64,000 nucleotides of DNA from Antedon mediterranea (GCF_964355755.1 NC_092670.1:114201-178200); one strand, 5' to 3'; shown: positions 39,480-52,629, counted from the stretch's first letter. Program-made: numbers and translations. Notes: a model not told the origin generated them from the sequence alone.

Positions 39480-40612
39480 CTGCAATACACTTCCCATAAA
39501 AGTAAATTTGTTGTATTTTCTTTCAATAAATTTATCAAGTTTATTTTTAAAGGCGTTTACTGTGGTGGTGTTAACGGCTTCCTCTGGTAGACTATTCCAT
39601 AGGTTAACAATTCTGTAAGAAAAATTGTACTTGCGGATATCCAGTTTAGGTCGTCGCTTATATTATGGTGTATCTATGTCTTCTTAGGTTTCTCTCGTAT
39701 GTTTTCATAGGGAAGAAGTTACGCATTCCACTACCACTTAGGCCTGTCACCATTTTAAAAACTTGAATCATATCTCCTCGTAATCTTCTAAAGGCCAATG
39801 TTGGTAGATTTAGTCGTTTTAGGCGTTCTGTATAATCCAGGTCTTTTAATGATGGAATTGCTTTTGTTGCTCTCCTTTGAACTTTTTCAATGCATGTTAT
39901 ATTTTTACGAAGAAACGGAGACCATACACAGTTAGCATATAAAGGTGAGGTCTCACTAATGATTTAAAAAGTGGAACAAACATTTCCTCATCAAGGTAGT
40001 TAAATGTATGTCTGATCAGACCAACAACTCTATTGGCTCTATTACTGACGATTCCAACGTGTTTGCTGAACTTGAGGGTCTGGTCAAATATAACGCCCAA
40101 GTCTTTTTCTTCCTCTTTTGCCTGCAAAGCCTCCGCTGACATCGTATAATTGTACAATTCAAGGTTCCTGCCAAGATGCATAATGCAGCACTTATTGACG
40201 TTAAACTTCAACTGCCACGTTTTTGCCCAATCGTTAGCTGCATCAATATCACGTTGGAGGGCTTCACAGTCAGCCCGACTCTTAATGTGATTGAACAGTT
40301 TGGTATCATCAGCAAACATCTCTGTGTGGGTTTCTATATATCGGGTAGATCGTTTATGTAGATCAAGAATAGTATAGGTCCGAGGACACTTCCTTGGGGT
40401 ATCCCGCTTGTAACATGAGACCAAAACGATAAGGTTCCTTTAATTGCAACACGCTGCTTCCTTCCAAGAGTAAGAAACATTCTATCCATTTTAAAAGATT
40501 ACCATTAATTCCATATGCTTGTATTTTTTTTCAGTAGTCGTTGGTGTGGGACAGTATCGAAGGCCTTGCTAAAATCCAGGTATGCTACGTCTACACCACC
40601 TTCTTCATCAAT
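39480..40612 (-). mobile_element. 5'-truncated, decayed CR1-clade LINE
   Basis: Minus-strand YLDFSKAFDTVPH, SGIPQG, FADDTKL, EKDLGV, LVRPHL and RLRGDMIQVFKM motifs with frameshifts. Confidence 0.9.
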
Positions 40613-40929
40613 AATAAAAGATGAGAATTGATGAATTATTATTTTAAATGTATTTTTACATCGATTAAGCATATTTGAATACCTACCGGTATGGTACCAT
40701 ACATGTTCGACAATACAGTGTCACATATCTCTCTTTAAAAAAAAACAATATTCATAAAAAAAAAATGTCCGTCGAGGTTCGGACCCCAGCCGTTAGCACT
40801 CAAAACTGAGCATTACCCGTTACGCCACCAAGTACATGACTGAAAAGCTGATAATAGTCTATTTATACGTGTATTACGTAATTCATCATTACGTCATAAA
40901 TATCCTATTAACCTTGCTACAACCAAAAT

Positions 40930-41190
40930 GATCAGTTAGCTCAGTCGTCTGAGCGTCGTGTTAACAACACGTATGTCGTGGGTTCGATTCCCACTGGTCG
41001 GTGGAATAGAGTTAAGGCTATGCGAGCCACTGTGTTTGGGGTTCACAGATCATACGTCCCCCTTTCCACCACACATCATGAGGCGACAACATCAATGCAT
41101 CTGGTGATGTGGTGGAAACGACCCCAGAAGGCTGTGGCAGGGCCTTAGTGCTGAGGCAGGGAGAGCACATTTACCATCTTTTTTTTTATT
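40930..41190 (+). mobile_element. tRNA(Ile-like)-derived SINE
   Basis: GATCAGTTAGCTCAGTCG...GTGGGTTCGATTCCCAC (A and B boxes), unrelated body, T-run; a more decayed head at ~37220. Confidence 0.55.
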
Positions 41191-43516
41191 GGCTCTCGCC
41201 AACTGCTTTGATTGTATAAATTTTATGTTTAGCGCCCTCAATTTATTTTAATGTAAAAAAGGGAATTAATTCTCTTCGTTACGTGTTTAGAAGAGAATTA
41301 ATTTTATCTCATCGTAGTTTGGTATATGCCGTGCGTTTGTTATGCAAATGAGTGTGCACATGTGCTGTGGGAAAGATGGTATTGTTAGTCATTCGCGATC
41401 AACACACAACACTGTTCAATTTTTATTTTGTTAATCTTCGTTACGCGTTACGTGTTGAGAAGATAATGTATCACTCATCATAGTTTGGTATGCCGTTCGT
41501 TGTTACAAATTAATTTGTGCAGGTGTAGTGGCAAAGATGGTATTGTTAGTCATTGGCACTCAACGCGCCCCACTGTTAAATTTTGATTTTGTTAATCAAT
41601 GTTGCAACATTGGTAGCGAAATGTCCGATTCTTCATAGTAGTTGGTGTGTATGGCCGCACCGTCCCAGAATAAACATGTTTTAAACAGATAGTTTGTCTC
41701 TGATGGTTTATGTATGGGGTTAATGGAGAGTGAAATAAGATCAAATATAGAACATTTGCAAAGATGCCGATTTCCAGACCAATTTCGAAGCTTAGACTAA
41801 TTCCGTTGCCGGGCTAGGCCATAATATACGAAGTAGAAAACCCCACCTAAAATGTTGAAGTCGCATCTGGATAGTTGAAATTTTAACATTATCATAATTA
41901 TCATAGGTGACTATGTATAGTAATAGTATAAGTAAGTGTATTTCTGGGCTCTATTTTCATTGCTCTGCCTCAACCATGGATGGGCTAGTACTGGAGACTT
42001 AATGTTTAATTTTATATTTCAATTAATAGGTGCACTTTCCGGGGACAAGCTCATATATTGTCCTGGTGAGTCTTATATAGTTTGTTTCATTCAAATCATG
42101 TAACGCCACTTTTTCGGGCGGGAACCTACTGTATAGGCCTACAGCTCTTTTTTCAAAATTGTCTTTGCTCAGCCCCAAGCATGGTGGGGTACTGAAGATT
42201 CTTCTGCATGTTGTTTGAAAACATAATAGATGTCATTTTCGGGTACCTTGTAGCTCTATTTTAAACAGTTTGGTATGTGCGTGCGTTGTTATGCAAATGA
42301 GTCTGTGCAGGTGTATTATGGTAAAGATGGTATGTTAGTCATTCGCGGTCAACACGCCACATTGTTAAATTTTGATGCTGTTAATTATTTACTTTAGAAG
42401 ATTTTTCAAATCATGTAAATAAAATATTTTCCGGGCGGGAAGCTAGCAGTTTCCCTCGTTTAGTTTGCAAAAGTAATCTCGAAAAGAACTCCATGTGGAA
42501 AAGAAGCCCACCCAAGAGTTTCTGATTTTAAAAAAGGTCCACTTGACATTTACAATCCTAAAAATATCTCTCTTTCAAAATAAAAGAAAAACAATATTCA
42601 TTATTTTCCATTTAAAAAATCCACTCGCGCCAAATTTGGTCCACTTGAGCACAGTGTATTAACATACGAAACGATTGAAACTTGAGTGACTTTATTTCTA
42701 TAACCAATGTGTCCACTTGAGCACAGTGTTTTATACGAAAAGATATTAAAATTTAGTGACTTTATTTCTATTTTATATCACTGTGCTCCACTGGGGCCAA
42801 ATTGGGTCAACTTGAGCACGTTGTATTAACATACGAAAAGATATTAAAATGTATTGACTTTATTTCTATTTTATTTTTTTATTAAACCTTATTTTGTAAG
42901 GGTGACCCTAAACAGCATATGCATACAGTCAAAAACATATATGAAACAAGCACGAATGTGCGATACTCGGGGGGTACAGCAAAAGAAGCTGTAATGACGT
43001 CATAAGACGGGATGTGACGTCACATACACATCATTTAACCTCGCTATCAAAATACGGTACCATCTTAGAGACGTCATATGGCTGCATCCGGATTGAAATT
43101 TAAAAATCCGGCTCTATAGCTTTGAGGAAATGTCCCTGTAGTATATTCATGCAAAATCCCAGCTCAATACTACAACGAATAAGGAAGGAGTAGAACTTTA
43201 TAAATCGCAATTTTTCGATTGGTACCATGTTTATGACGTCGTAATTCTGCATCCGGTTGAAGTACGAACATTTTCTCTCTATAGCTTTGTTCACCTATTA
43301 CCCTAGTATAATGCATGCCATTTTTCAGAGCCGTCAGACGACGCGTAAAGAACTAGTAGGACTTGAAAGTTGGATCAATAGTGTCCGGATGGAAGAAGAG
43401 GCGGAAAAGATGAGAGAGTCCTACTATAGACTCAGGTACCCCGTGTAATAAAACGAGATATACTCTATATCATATTACGTATACAGTATATTTCACCATA
43501 AAGTTTAAGAAAAATA

Positions 43517-43588
43517 GGTTTCGCCAGGGCTCGAACCGGGGACCTTCTGTTTGTTAAGCAGACTTGATAACCAGTACACTACGAAACC
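43517..43588 (-). pseudogene. tRNA-Val-derived pseudogene
   Basis: GGTTTCGTAGTGTACTGGTTATCAAGTCTGCTTAACAAACAGAAGGTCCCCGGTTCGAGCCCTGGCGAAACC: perfect 7-bp acceptor stem but mismatches in the D, anticodon and T stems; loop reads AAC. Confidence 0.75.
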
Positions 43589-44149
43589 TCTTACACCAAA
43601 AATGTGGGTTACACAAAGTTTTTTAATCCATTTAGGCCTAAATTACAAATAAATATGGTAATAAGCACAAAGCAAAATAAACCTGTGTAAAAGTGATAAT
43701 TACCGATTACACAAAATAAGTATTTAAAAAAATAATAAAAATAAGATATACTGTATATCATATTGCGTATACAGTACTTTTCACCATAATTAGTGATAAC
43801 CACTACGCCATGAAGCCGCATATAACAACATAACGCTGTGGTGTGTGTCACACATTGTGGTGTCTTAATTAAACAAATTAATTAACAAAAATTTAAAAAT
43901 CCGGCTCTATAGCTTTGAGGACATGTCCCTGTAGTATATTCATGCCAAATCCCAGCTCAATACTACAACGAATAAGGGAGGAGTAGTACTTTATCGTACT
44001 TTTTACTCAATAGTGTCCAGATGGAGGAGAAGATGAGTGAGTCCTAGACTCTCGGGGGTACCCCGAATAAAAACGGATGAGCTATGTTAAAAAAAATATA
44101 AAAATATATAATATATCTGTACTTAAATACAAAAATATAGCCTACAATA

Positions 44150-44680
44150 CTATACAAAACGTTGAGTTTTTTCTTTTGGGATTAAATATTTTTTACAGCA
44201 GACTTAAAATTGTCTATTGTTACCGCATTCCTTAGTTTGGTGGGTAGCAAATTCAAGTATGTTGGTGCTGCTCTGATGAAGCTGTTCTTAATTAAAAGTT
44301 TCAGTTTTAGGGAAAGGGGCGACAAATTTTTCTGGCAAGACGCAGGGCAAGATATTCCGGAGCAAGACCATTTGCAGACCTGTAGGTAAGGCAGCCCAGT
44401 TGTAGATGCATGCGATCTTGGACTGTATGAAGATTTAAGGTGTTGTAAATTTAGTATGTGAGAGGATGAGCTTTAAGGATAATGCGAAATGCTCTATTTT
44501 GAATGGTCTGTATTCGGTCAATATTCGATCTGATTCCCCAAACACTACAACAAAAGTCAATGTGTGGAAGGATTGTAGTGTTATAGAGGAGTATGGATGT
44601 GTGTTTATTAATGAAATGACCGAGCACGCGATAAGATGGAGATGGACAAGCCCAGTTTGGAACGGAGTTTATTTACATGA
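44150..44680 (-). mobile_element. Decayed LINE ORF2 3' fragment
   Basis: Minus-strand remnants (NSFIRAAP..NLLPTKLRNA...FKS) typical of the post-RT region of CR1/L2 elements. Confidence 0.5.
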
Positions 44681-45058
44681 AAAGAAAAAGATAAATTTGA
44701 ATCAATGTGAATGCCAAGATGTTTCTGTTTGTCAGTTTGTGATATGGGTATATACGAAACGATATTAAAAGTAGTGACTTTTATTTCTATTTTATATCAC
44801 TGTGCTACCTTGGTGCTAAATTGGGTCCACTTGAGCAGTTACCGTAGTACTATTTCTATTATTGAAGTTAATAAAGGCATAAATGGCGCTCCGTAGAGAA
44901 GTAGAGAAATGCTGCTCCAGCCATCCATATACCTCCACACAGCATGCAGCATATTTTATATGCAAGAAAGACCTGCTGCCCGAGTAACAACAGATCTAGA
45001 GAGAGAGGCTTGGGCTACCTACCTAGGCCTAGCTAGAAGAAAGACGTTTTGTACAATT

Positions 45059-45084
45059 ATGGCGGGTTTTGGCGGTGACTCCTG
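45059..45084 (+). CDS. STX8: Syntaxin-8 exon 1 (visible exons 1-6; 3' exons lie beyond the window)
   Basis: ATG GCG GGT TTT GGC GGT GAC TCC TG|GTAAAT = MAGFGGDSW, like human MAPDPW; phase fits exon 2. Confidence 0.75.
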
Positions 45085-45890
45085 GTAAATAGATTTTATT
45101 TAATTGATTATTTGATTAAAATGATTATCATGTAGGCCTGGCCCTAGGCCTAGGCCTAGCCTAGTAGCTAGGATATATTGCATTTTATTTATCTGTGTTT
45201 TTGTTTTATATATAGGCCTAGCCTAGCCTCCTAGGCCTAGGTAGGCCTCTAACTAGTAGGCCTAGGCCTAATTAATAGGCTAGGCTAGGCCCCACCTTCT
45301 TATAAATAATAATATTGAATAAGCCGCCCTCTATTTTTAGGCCTCTCTCAGAGAGATAGAGAGAGACAGAGAACAGCCCTGTGTGTGTAGTATACTGTTA
45401 TATAGTTATATAGTTAGTAGTACTAGTAGTAACTAGTATGTAGAGTAGGCCTAGGCCTAGTAGTGCTAGCCTAGATGATAAAAATTAGTAGGCCTGGGTG
45501 TGTCGAAAGCGAAGACCTCGAAAGCGAATATCGAAGACCGAAGACCTCGAAAGCGAAGACCCTACGAAATGGTAGTGTGCACAAACTCCGACCAAAATCA
45601 TACAAAATCGTGATAACACCTTGAATTTACAGATTCTAAAAAAATATTTCGATTTTAATTGTTACGTTATCAAAAAACATGACTTTATCTATGAACAGGC
45701 TCACGCATTTTCACCAATGGAGTTAATATGTGATATGGTTTTACGAACAAACACATCGCGCTATTTGCAAGGCAACGGACGCACAAGAAGGACCTCGCAC
45801 AGAGCATTGAATTGAATGCAAAATTAAATGTCACTTTTGTTCCAATAACTTTGTAGCACACGTCGCCTACAATTTAAACCCATAGCCAAT

Positions 45891-47152
45891 AGACACGTTT
45901 CGCGCTCGCGAGGTCACCGTCAGTTTGACCTTTTAGTGGGTATACAATGGTAAACAAACACAGCGAGAGGTATGTTAAAGCATGGGAGAACTGAGAGATG
46001 ATCATCTTAAAAAGCAATCGTCAAAACTAGCCTTTTGATGGAATGGATGTTATTTATTTTCTAAACTTATGTTTTATATTCACTGTAGAATTATTTGGGC
46101 ATTTGGTTCGGAATCATCGACTTTATTTATGTATTGTCATTTTTGGTTTGACACATATATATTACGGTGCATTTAATACATGTTAACTGTTGATTTTATT
46201 TACAAATGTTGCGTAAATATATTAATTATTATCTTTCATTCTTCTTCATGCTCCTATTGCATCTTCCATGTATTATGTGATGTTCTTCTTCATGCTCCTA
46301 TTGCATCTTCCATGTATTATGTGATGTTCTTCTTCATGCTCCTATTGCATCTTCCATGTATTATGTGATGTTCTTCTTCATGCTCCTATTGCATCTTCCA
46401 TGTATTATGTGATGTTCTTCTTCATGCTCCTATTGCATCTTCCATGTATTATGTGATGTTCTTCTTCATGCTCCTATTGCATCTTCCATGTATTATGTGA
46501 TGTTCTTCTTCATGCTCCTATTGCATCTTCCATGTATTATGTGATGTTCTTCTTCATGCATCTGTTGCATCTTCCATGTATTATGTGATGTTCTTCTTCA
46601 TGCTCCTATTGCATCTTCCATGTATTATGTGATGTTCTTCTTCATGCATCTGTTGCATCTTCCATGTATTATGTGATGTTCTTCTTCATGCATCTGTTGC
46701 ATCTTCCATGTATTATGTGATGTTCTTCTTCATGCTCCTATTGCATCTTCTATGTATTATGTGATGTTCTTCGGCGCTTAAACAAACACCCAAGCCTAGT
46801 AGACGAAGTACCGCATCAGGCAACGCCACCGGGCGGGCGGAGAGACCCGAGCACATCGTGGACGTACCTTTCCTTGAAAAATTTCCAAGATTTTGCGCCA
46901 CTATCCTTCGGAGCCGACGCAAACCACTCAGCAAGTGTTTGAAAATTAAAAACAGGAATATTATTCAGTGATTTTGTGTAGTTAAATTCACGATTTATCC
47001 AACATATACAACATTTATGATGCACCTTGCAACAAAAGCACTCGGCAGTCGCCATTTCGCTATGCTTCAACACGCACTAGGCGAGAGGTGTTCGATTTGT
47101 TTACAAATCTATACCCACTATTTCTGATTGGTCGCGAGCGAGAAACGTGTCT
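45891..47152 (-). mobile_element. ISL2EU-like deletion derivative nested in the foldback
   Basis: AT|AGACACGTTTCGCGCTCGCGA ... TCGCGAGCGAGAAACGTGTCT|AT; remnant ...AKSWKFFKERYVHDV resembles the N-terminus of the ISL2EU exonuclease ORF (from recall). Confidence 0.7.
46238..46772. repeat. 44-bp minisatellite (~12 copies) inside the ISL2EU-like element
   Basis: TTCTTCTTCATGCTCCTATTGCATCTTCCATGTATTATGTGATG. Confidence 0.95.
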
Positions 47153-47746
47153 ATTGTTTATAAGTATAGAAATAAACTACATAAAAGTAAATTGTAAGAA
47201 GTAAAGGATGGCGGTAGGCTTTTTTAAGGCTTATTTTAGAGCCTATATAAAAAGTGTTCGTATTTTGATTTTATATGTTGCTATGTGTTTTTTATCTATA
47301 ATATTTGCCTATTGTTTATTATCTAAATGTATAAATAAATACAATAAGATATTCATTTTCCTGTATTGTATTTAAACTTTTACATTTTCCCATTGTATAC
47401 TATTGCTGTTTTACTTAATCGCCAGTTTCAAAATGTTTTCTAATGCATTCATAATAGACAAATAATATATCAGTATCAGAATATTTAGTGTGGTTGGTGA
47501 AATAGTAGGCCTACTATGTAAAGAAAAAATTAAAAAGGAAAATAAATATTTCATTAACCAACGTATAAACCACTAACAAAAAAATCCTGCCACAACGTAT
47601 CGTATTGATGCGCAACGTAAAGAAAATACTCATCTATCTATTTTGCATCTCACGATCGAAAAGATCATTATGATGAACGTAAAGCAGAAACGGTGTGTTG
47701 AACACGTCGATTCCCACTTGTGATGACACGCAAGGTTATTTCCTTA

Positions 47747-47922
47747 AGCTTGGTTCCTACTAGAACGTAACGCAAGAAAGTACACGCAACGCAAGCGTTT
47801 TAACCAATGACAAGCGAAGTTATAGACAGTTAGCAATCACAAGCGAATAAGCCATCGCTTGTGATTGGTCAATTCACTTGCGTTGCGTTACGTCCTTGTG
47901 CGTCGCTAGTGGGAACCACGCA
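47747..47922. mobile_element. PIF/Harbinger-like MITE, same family as 10550-10730
   Basis: Near-identical core (AACCAATGACAAGCGAAGTTATAGACAG...GTGATTGGTCAATTCACTTGCG). Confidence 0.8.
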
Positions 47923-50109
47923 TTACGGCGCACTTTGCGTGGATACGTTGCGTCGATCTGAAAACCAATTTCAGCTCTTAAAATATTTCCCGGGCCGATG
48001 ACAGTTCGTCCCAATAGCTTACCGTGAACTAACGGAACTTTATTTTATATCTTTTTATTGTCAAAATCAAAAATTATACTGTATTCCGAATTATGATTTG
48101 ACAAAAGGCTAATAGGCCTACTGTAGAACGAACGATAGGCATCACATTCTGAAGATTTTGCTCGATCGTTAACCCGTTATAATAGTATAATTCTCTTAGA
48201 TTTGTTTGTTTGTGTCAATTCTATATTTAAATGGTCATTATACAACCGGTAACCTGTTTCTTCAATTTTTTAAAATTTATATTTTCTTTTGTTAATGGAG
48301 ACTCGTGGCAGGGATATGCAAACATTTACAAGTGGGACGTCGACAATCTGTTGAAAATCGGGAGACTGTTGAATAGTCGTCTCATTCACAAGCCTGTGAG
48401 ATAGAAGGTTGGGGGTTAGAGTGGTTAAGCCCGATAAAAATTCACCATCCTTAATAAAGACATGTATAGAGAGTAACTCTTTTTTTTGTATTCACCACGG
48501 GCAATGATTCAGAAGTCAGTTTCTTTTTTTTTAAACTTTGATGATGAGGACAATTGTGGTTGGCGGAACTGGAACTTCATTAAACATGTCTTTTGACAGT
48601 GTCGGTAAACGTAATACCGATATAAATAAACACCCGTCACTAATCAGATTGCAACCGTAACAAAATCGACAATTTTGGAGCGAATATTTTTTATTTCAAT
48701 CTTTGTTTTGAATGGCTTTTGTCTTTGTTAACGTTGACATAATGGCATAATTAAATGTTATTCTGAATTATGGAAGCCGTGAAACAGATGATATGTCGCA
48801 GGAAACGATCGATTATAACCAAAATTTGCAGAACGCTGATTCCTATCGTTCGTTCTTTTTAGCTTTTTGTCAAATCATAATTTGAATATGTTCTGTCAAA
48901 TTTGGCCTGGAAATATTTTAAGAGCTGGAATTAGTTTCCAGATCCACGCAAAGTGCGCATTAAGAACAAACTTGCGTGTCCTTACAAGTGGGAACCAACG
49001 TGTTCAACACCGTTTATGCCTTACGTTCATCGTAATGATTCTCTCGTGAGGGGATGCAAAATAGAGTATTTTCTTATGTTGCGCGTCAATACGATACGTT
49101 GCGGCAGGATGTTTTTGTTAGTTAGTTAGTTAGTGGTTCATACGTTGGTTAATGAAATATTTATTTTACTTTTTACATTTTTCTTCTTTACATATTACTG
49201 TCGCTTCACCAATCACACTAACCGATACTGATAATATTATTTGTCCATTATTATTAGAAAAACATTTTTAAACTGGCGAATAATTAAATCAGCAATACTG
49301 CACGATAGGCTAAAATGGGGAAAATGTAAACGTTTAAAATACTATACAGAATAATTAAAGGAAAATAAATATCTTATTGTATTTATTCATACATTTTAGA
49401 TAATATGCAAATATTATAGATAATAAACATAATATCAACATATTTAAATGCAAAAAAAAAAGGATCTCTAAGTTGTATTCACACGTATAACATTTTTTAA
49501 AACAAGTGTAAAATCTATGATACGGACACTTTTTATATAGGCTCTAAAATCAGCCTAAATAGGGCTATCGCCATCCTTTACTTCTTATAATTTTTACATA
49601 TTGTAGTTTATTTCTATATTTTTCTATACAATTTGGCTATGGTTTTAAATTGTAAGCAATGCATTCAATTCAATGCTCTGTGCGATGTCCTTCTTGTGCG
49701 TCCGTCGCCTTGCAAATAGCGCGATGTGTTTGTTCGTAAAACCATATCACATATTAACTCCATTGGCGAATACACGTGATAAAGTCATGTTTTTTGATAA
49801 CATAACGATTAAAATCGAAATATTTTTTTAGAATCTGTAAATTCAAGGTGTTCTCATCAGTTGTGTGTGATTTTGGTCCGATTTTGTGTACACTACCATT
49901 TCGTAGGGTCTTCGCTTTCGAGGTCTTCGGTATTCGATCTTCGCTTTCGAGGTCTTCGCTTTCGACACACCCGGCCTAGGCCTACTACCAAGAATAAGCT
50001 AGCAAGAGTTCTTCGGCCAGACGTATGCTCATACTAAATAAACATACAAATTTTAATGTTCGTCATCGTGGCAATTAAATTATCATTTTGTTTTCATGTT
50101 ATTGTTTAA

Positions 50110-50735
50110 AGACACCTTCCCTACAATTTGTGACGTTTTGTAAAAATAATACATATATATTACTTTAAAAACATTAAACCAGGTCATTCCTTGTATGTAC
50201 GTTTTATGGTAAATTATGATAAAAAGTGAGAAACAATGCACTACCTAGGTAGCTCGCGGTGACTTACCTCTCGTGGACGGTCTTTAAGCCTAGCCTAGCT
50301 AGGCTTAGTTTTGTAGGCCTAGCTGGTAAACATCGGTAACGTACGAACATCGTACGCTAGCTATATACTGTACCTAGCCTGACGTTGTATAGTTGCTGCA
50401 TTAATTGTCTTTCTATTTTTGCCAGACTCCGTTGATACAAATTGGGGAAAACCCGGTATTTTCGCTGAAAAGTTAGGAGTGTTCCATTTGTTTTGGTCTC
50501 ACGATCGATTGAAAAGTGTGTGAATTACAGAAGAAAAACTGAAATATCAATCCGCGCGCAATGCATTTTCGGATTTATAGCGGGCCGCTATAATTATTAG
50601 AATCGACTTATTTTTCACATTTTTAACCATTTAAAGACAAAAAAAGTTATCGCAATAGGACCATATTGTATTATTTTTAGATTAAATATAGTTTGTGATC
50701 TTAAAATAGATCTAAAAAACGTAGGGAAGGTGTCT
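50110..50735. mobile_element. Kolobok-like MITE
   Basis: TTAA|AGACACCTTCCCTAC ... GTAGGGAAGGTGTCT|TTAA. Confidence 0.85.
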
Positions 50736-50855
50736 TTAATTAAATGTATTTTGTTGGGATTTTTCCTGGAGGATATTGGCTTGTTGCTGCTATGTGGTAA
50801 CTCTTTCACATAAACACATCATATCTGTATTTGTTTTAATTTTCTTTCCTTACAG

Positions 50856-50955
50856 GCTGCGGGATCATGAAACATGTATACGTTTGTCAGCAGAAATTAT
50901 GGAGAAGATAAATGAAAGAAATGATTTGCAACGAAATGGAAAAAGCCATTCTAGA
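50856..50955 (+). CDS. STX8: STX8 exon 2
   Basis: LRDHETCIRLSAEIMEKINERNDLQRNGKSHSR, like human TCQIAQEIAEKIQQRN. Confidence 0.9.
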
Positions 50956-51020
50956 GTAAAAAGCTATCTTAAACTTTGTTATTGTTTTTATACTTTTTTT
51001 TATTGAATATGCCATTTTAA

Positions 51021-51631
51021 AGCTCAGGTACAGGCATAAATTTTAAATATAATATCTGGTAAATTGTACATAAATCAAATATTTGTAACAGAAATCAAGA
51101 CAAAAAAAACATGAATTTCCCCATATATGGTCAAATACAAAATTTGGTAAAATTCTGCCAAAAAAACTAGGAAGACTTTTTTTCAGTACGGTAGTTAGGT
51201 AGTTAACATAATGTAATAACATGTCTGGTGACTCCCTAGAAGGTGAAAAAAGATAGTGGATATACGGTGGATAATTTTTGCTATAGCATGAAAATAAAAT
51301 TCTGAAGTTGAATAAAAATACCAGAAATGTATAATAATAAAAAAAAAAAGTTATATTACCTATATTTAGTCATCTGATAACATTTTTTACCAAACCATTT
51401 ATTTTTCATAACTTTTTAAAATGCCTCTCTATTTTCAAAATTTGTGTACAAAAGAATAGAGATTTTACTGTGTAATTTGAACTATCACCCCACTGATAAA
51501 GAAAGTGCTTATTTTCAAAAAGCTCGTGTAACACAAATAAAATCCCAAAAATTATGAAACATAGGGGAAACTATAGATCGACAATTATTGGAATGTATGA
51601 TCAATAGACATTTTTTGCCCGCACCTGGCCT
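51021..51631. mobile_element. Older Kolobok-like MITE
   Basis: TTAA|AGCTCAGGTACAGGCA ... TGCCCGCACCTGGCCT|TTAA (degenerate TIR). Confidence 0.55.
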
Positions 51632-52051
51632 TTAATGTCACATAATAGTTAACCACTTTGACCAAAAATTGAATTTAAACAAAATTTATGTACCTGAAAA
51701 AACTGTAATTTAAAGCAAAAAATAGTCATTTTGGTTGAATTTAACCATTTATTATGTTATTTTATAAGTGAAAACATTATTTTTCGGTTTTTTTTCTATG
51801 GAAGTGATTAACTTTATTAAAACTACAAAATGACCTACAGTATTCAAAGTCTGATTTAATTAATCTTTATATATGTTTTTGGGGGACAATACAACTTGTT
51901 GATTGCATTGTTTTGTATTTTATATGCGAAATTTGATGTTCAACTTTAATTTATTTATAAAATGAATTGCGGTAATAAAGTTAAATTCAAGTGCAAAAGC
52001 GCTATTTACTCTTATTAAATTATGCTACACATTACGCCTTTGTTATTACAG

Positions 52052-52146
52052 GTTAGTGCCAAAGTACGTACTCTACTGAAAAAGTTTACTGAAGATGTGG
52101 AATCACTGCAAGTAAAGTTAAACAGAGCTGTTTCTACATATCAACT
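52052..52146 (+). CDS. STX8: STX8 exon 3
   Basis: VSAKVRTLLKKFTEDVESLQVKLNRAVSTYQL, like human LLLRAVSTHQI. Confidence 0.9.
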
Positions 52147-52162
52147 GTATCTTTTTATAGTG

Positions 52163-52616
52163 GTTTAGTTGAGTTCTGAAGATAGTAGTCTATGCCTGGC
52201 CCATGGACTATAGTGTGTTAAGATGATTTACAATTATAGTTTTGTTGAGTTGTGAAGATAGTAGTCCATGCCTGGCCCATGGACTATAGTGTGTTAAGAT
52301 GATTTACAATTATAGTTTAGTTGAGTTGTGAAGATAGTAGTCCATGCCTGGCCCATGGACTATAGTGTGTTAAGATGATTTACAATTATAGTTTAGTTGA
52401 GTTGTGAAGATAGTAGTCCATGCCTGGCCCATGGACTATAGTGTGTTAAGATGATTTACAATTATAGTTGAGTTGTGAAGATAGTAGTCCATGCCTGGCC
52501 CATGGACTATAGTGTGTTAAGATGATTTACAATTATAGTTTAGTTGAGTTGTGAAGATAGTAGTCCATGCCTGGCCCATGGACTATAGTGTGTTAAGATG
52601 ATTTACAATTATAGTC
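52163..52616. repeat. 76-bp minisatellite (~6 copies) with an internal hairpin
   Basis: Unit contains TAGTCCATG-CCTGGCC-CATGGACTA. Confidence 0.92.
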
Positions 52617-52629
52617 TCCTTTTTTAAAT

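Larger units (their letters stand above)
45496..49972. mobile_element. 4.5-kb foldback DNA element with ~1.1-kb inverted arms and a 5-bp TSD, in STX8 intron 1
   Basis: GGCCT|GGGTGTGTCGAAAGCGAAGACC ... GGTCTTCGCTTTCGACACACCC|GGCCT; arms traceable inward to ~48170 and ~48810. Confidence 0.9.

Noticed and set aside
43517-43588. Functional tRNA-Val(AAC)
   Set aside because: Mismatches in three stems and an atypical discriminator base; called a pseudogene.
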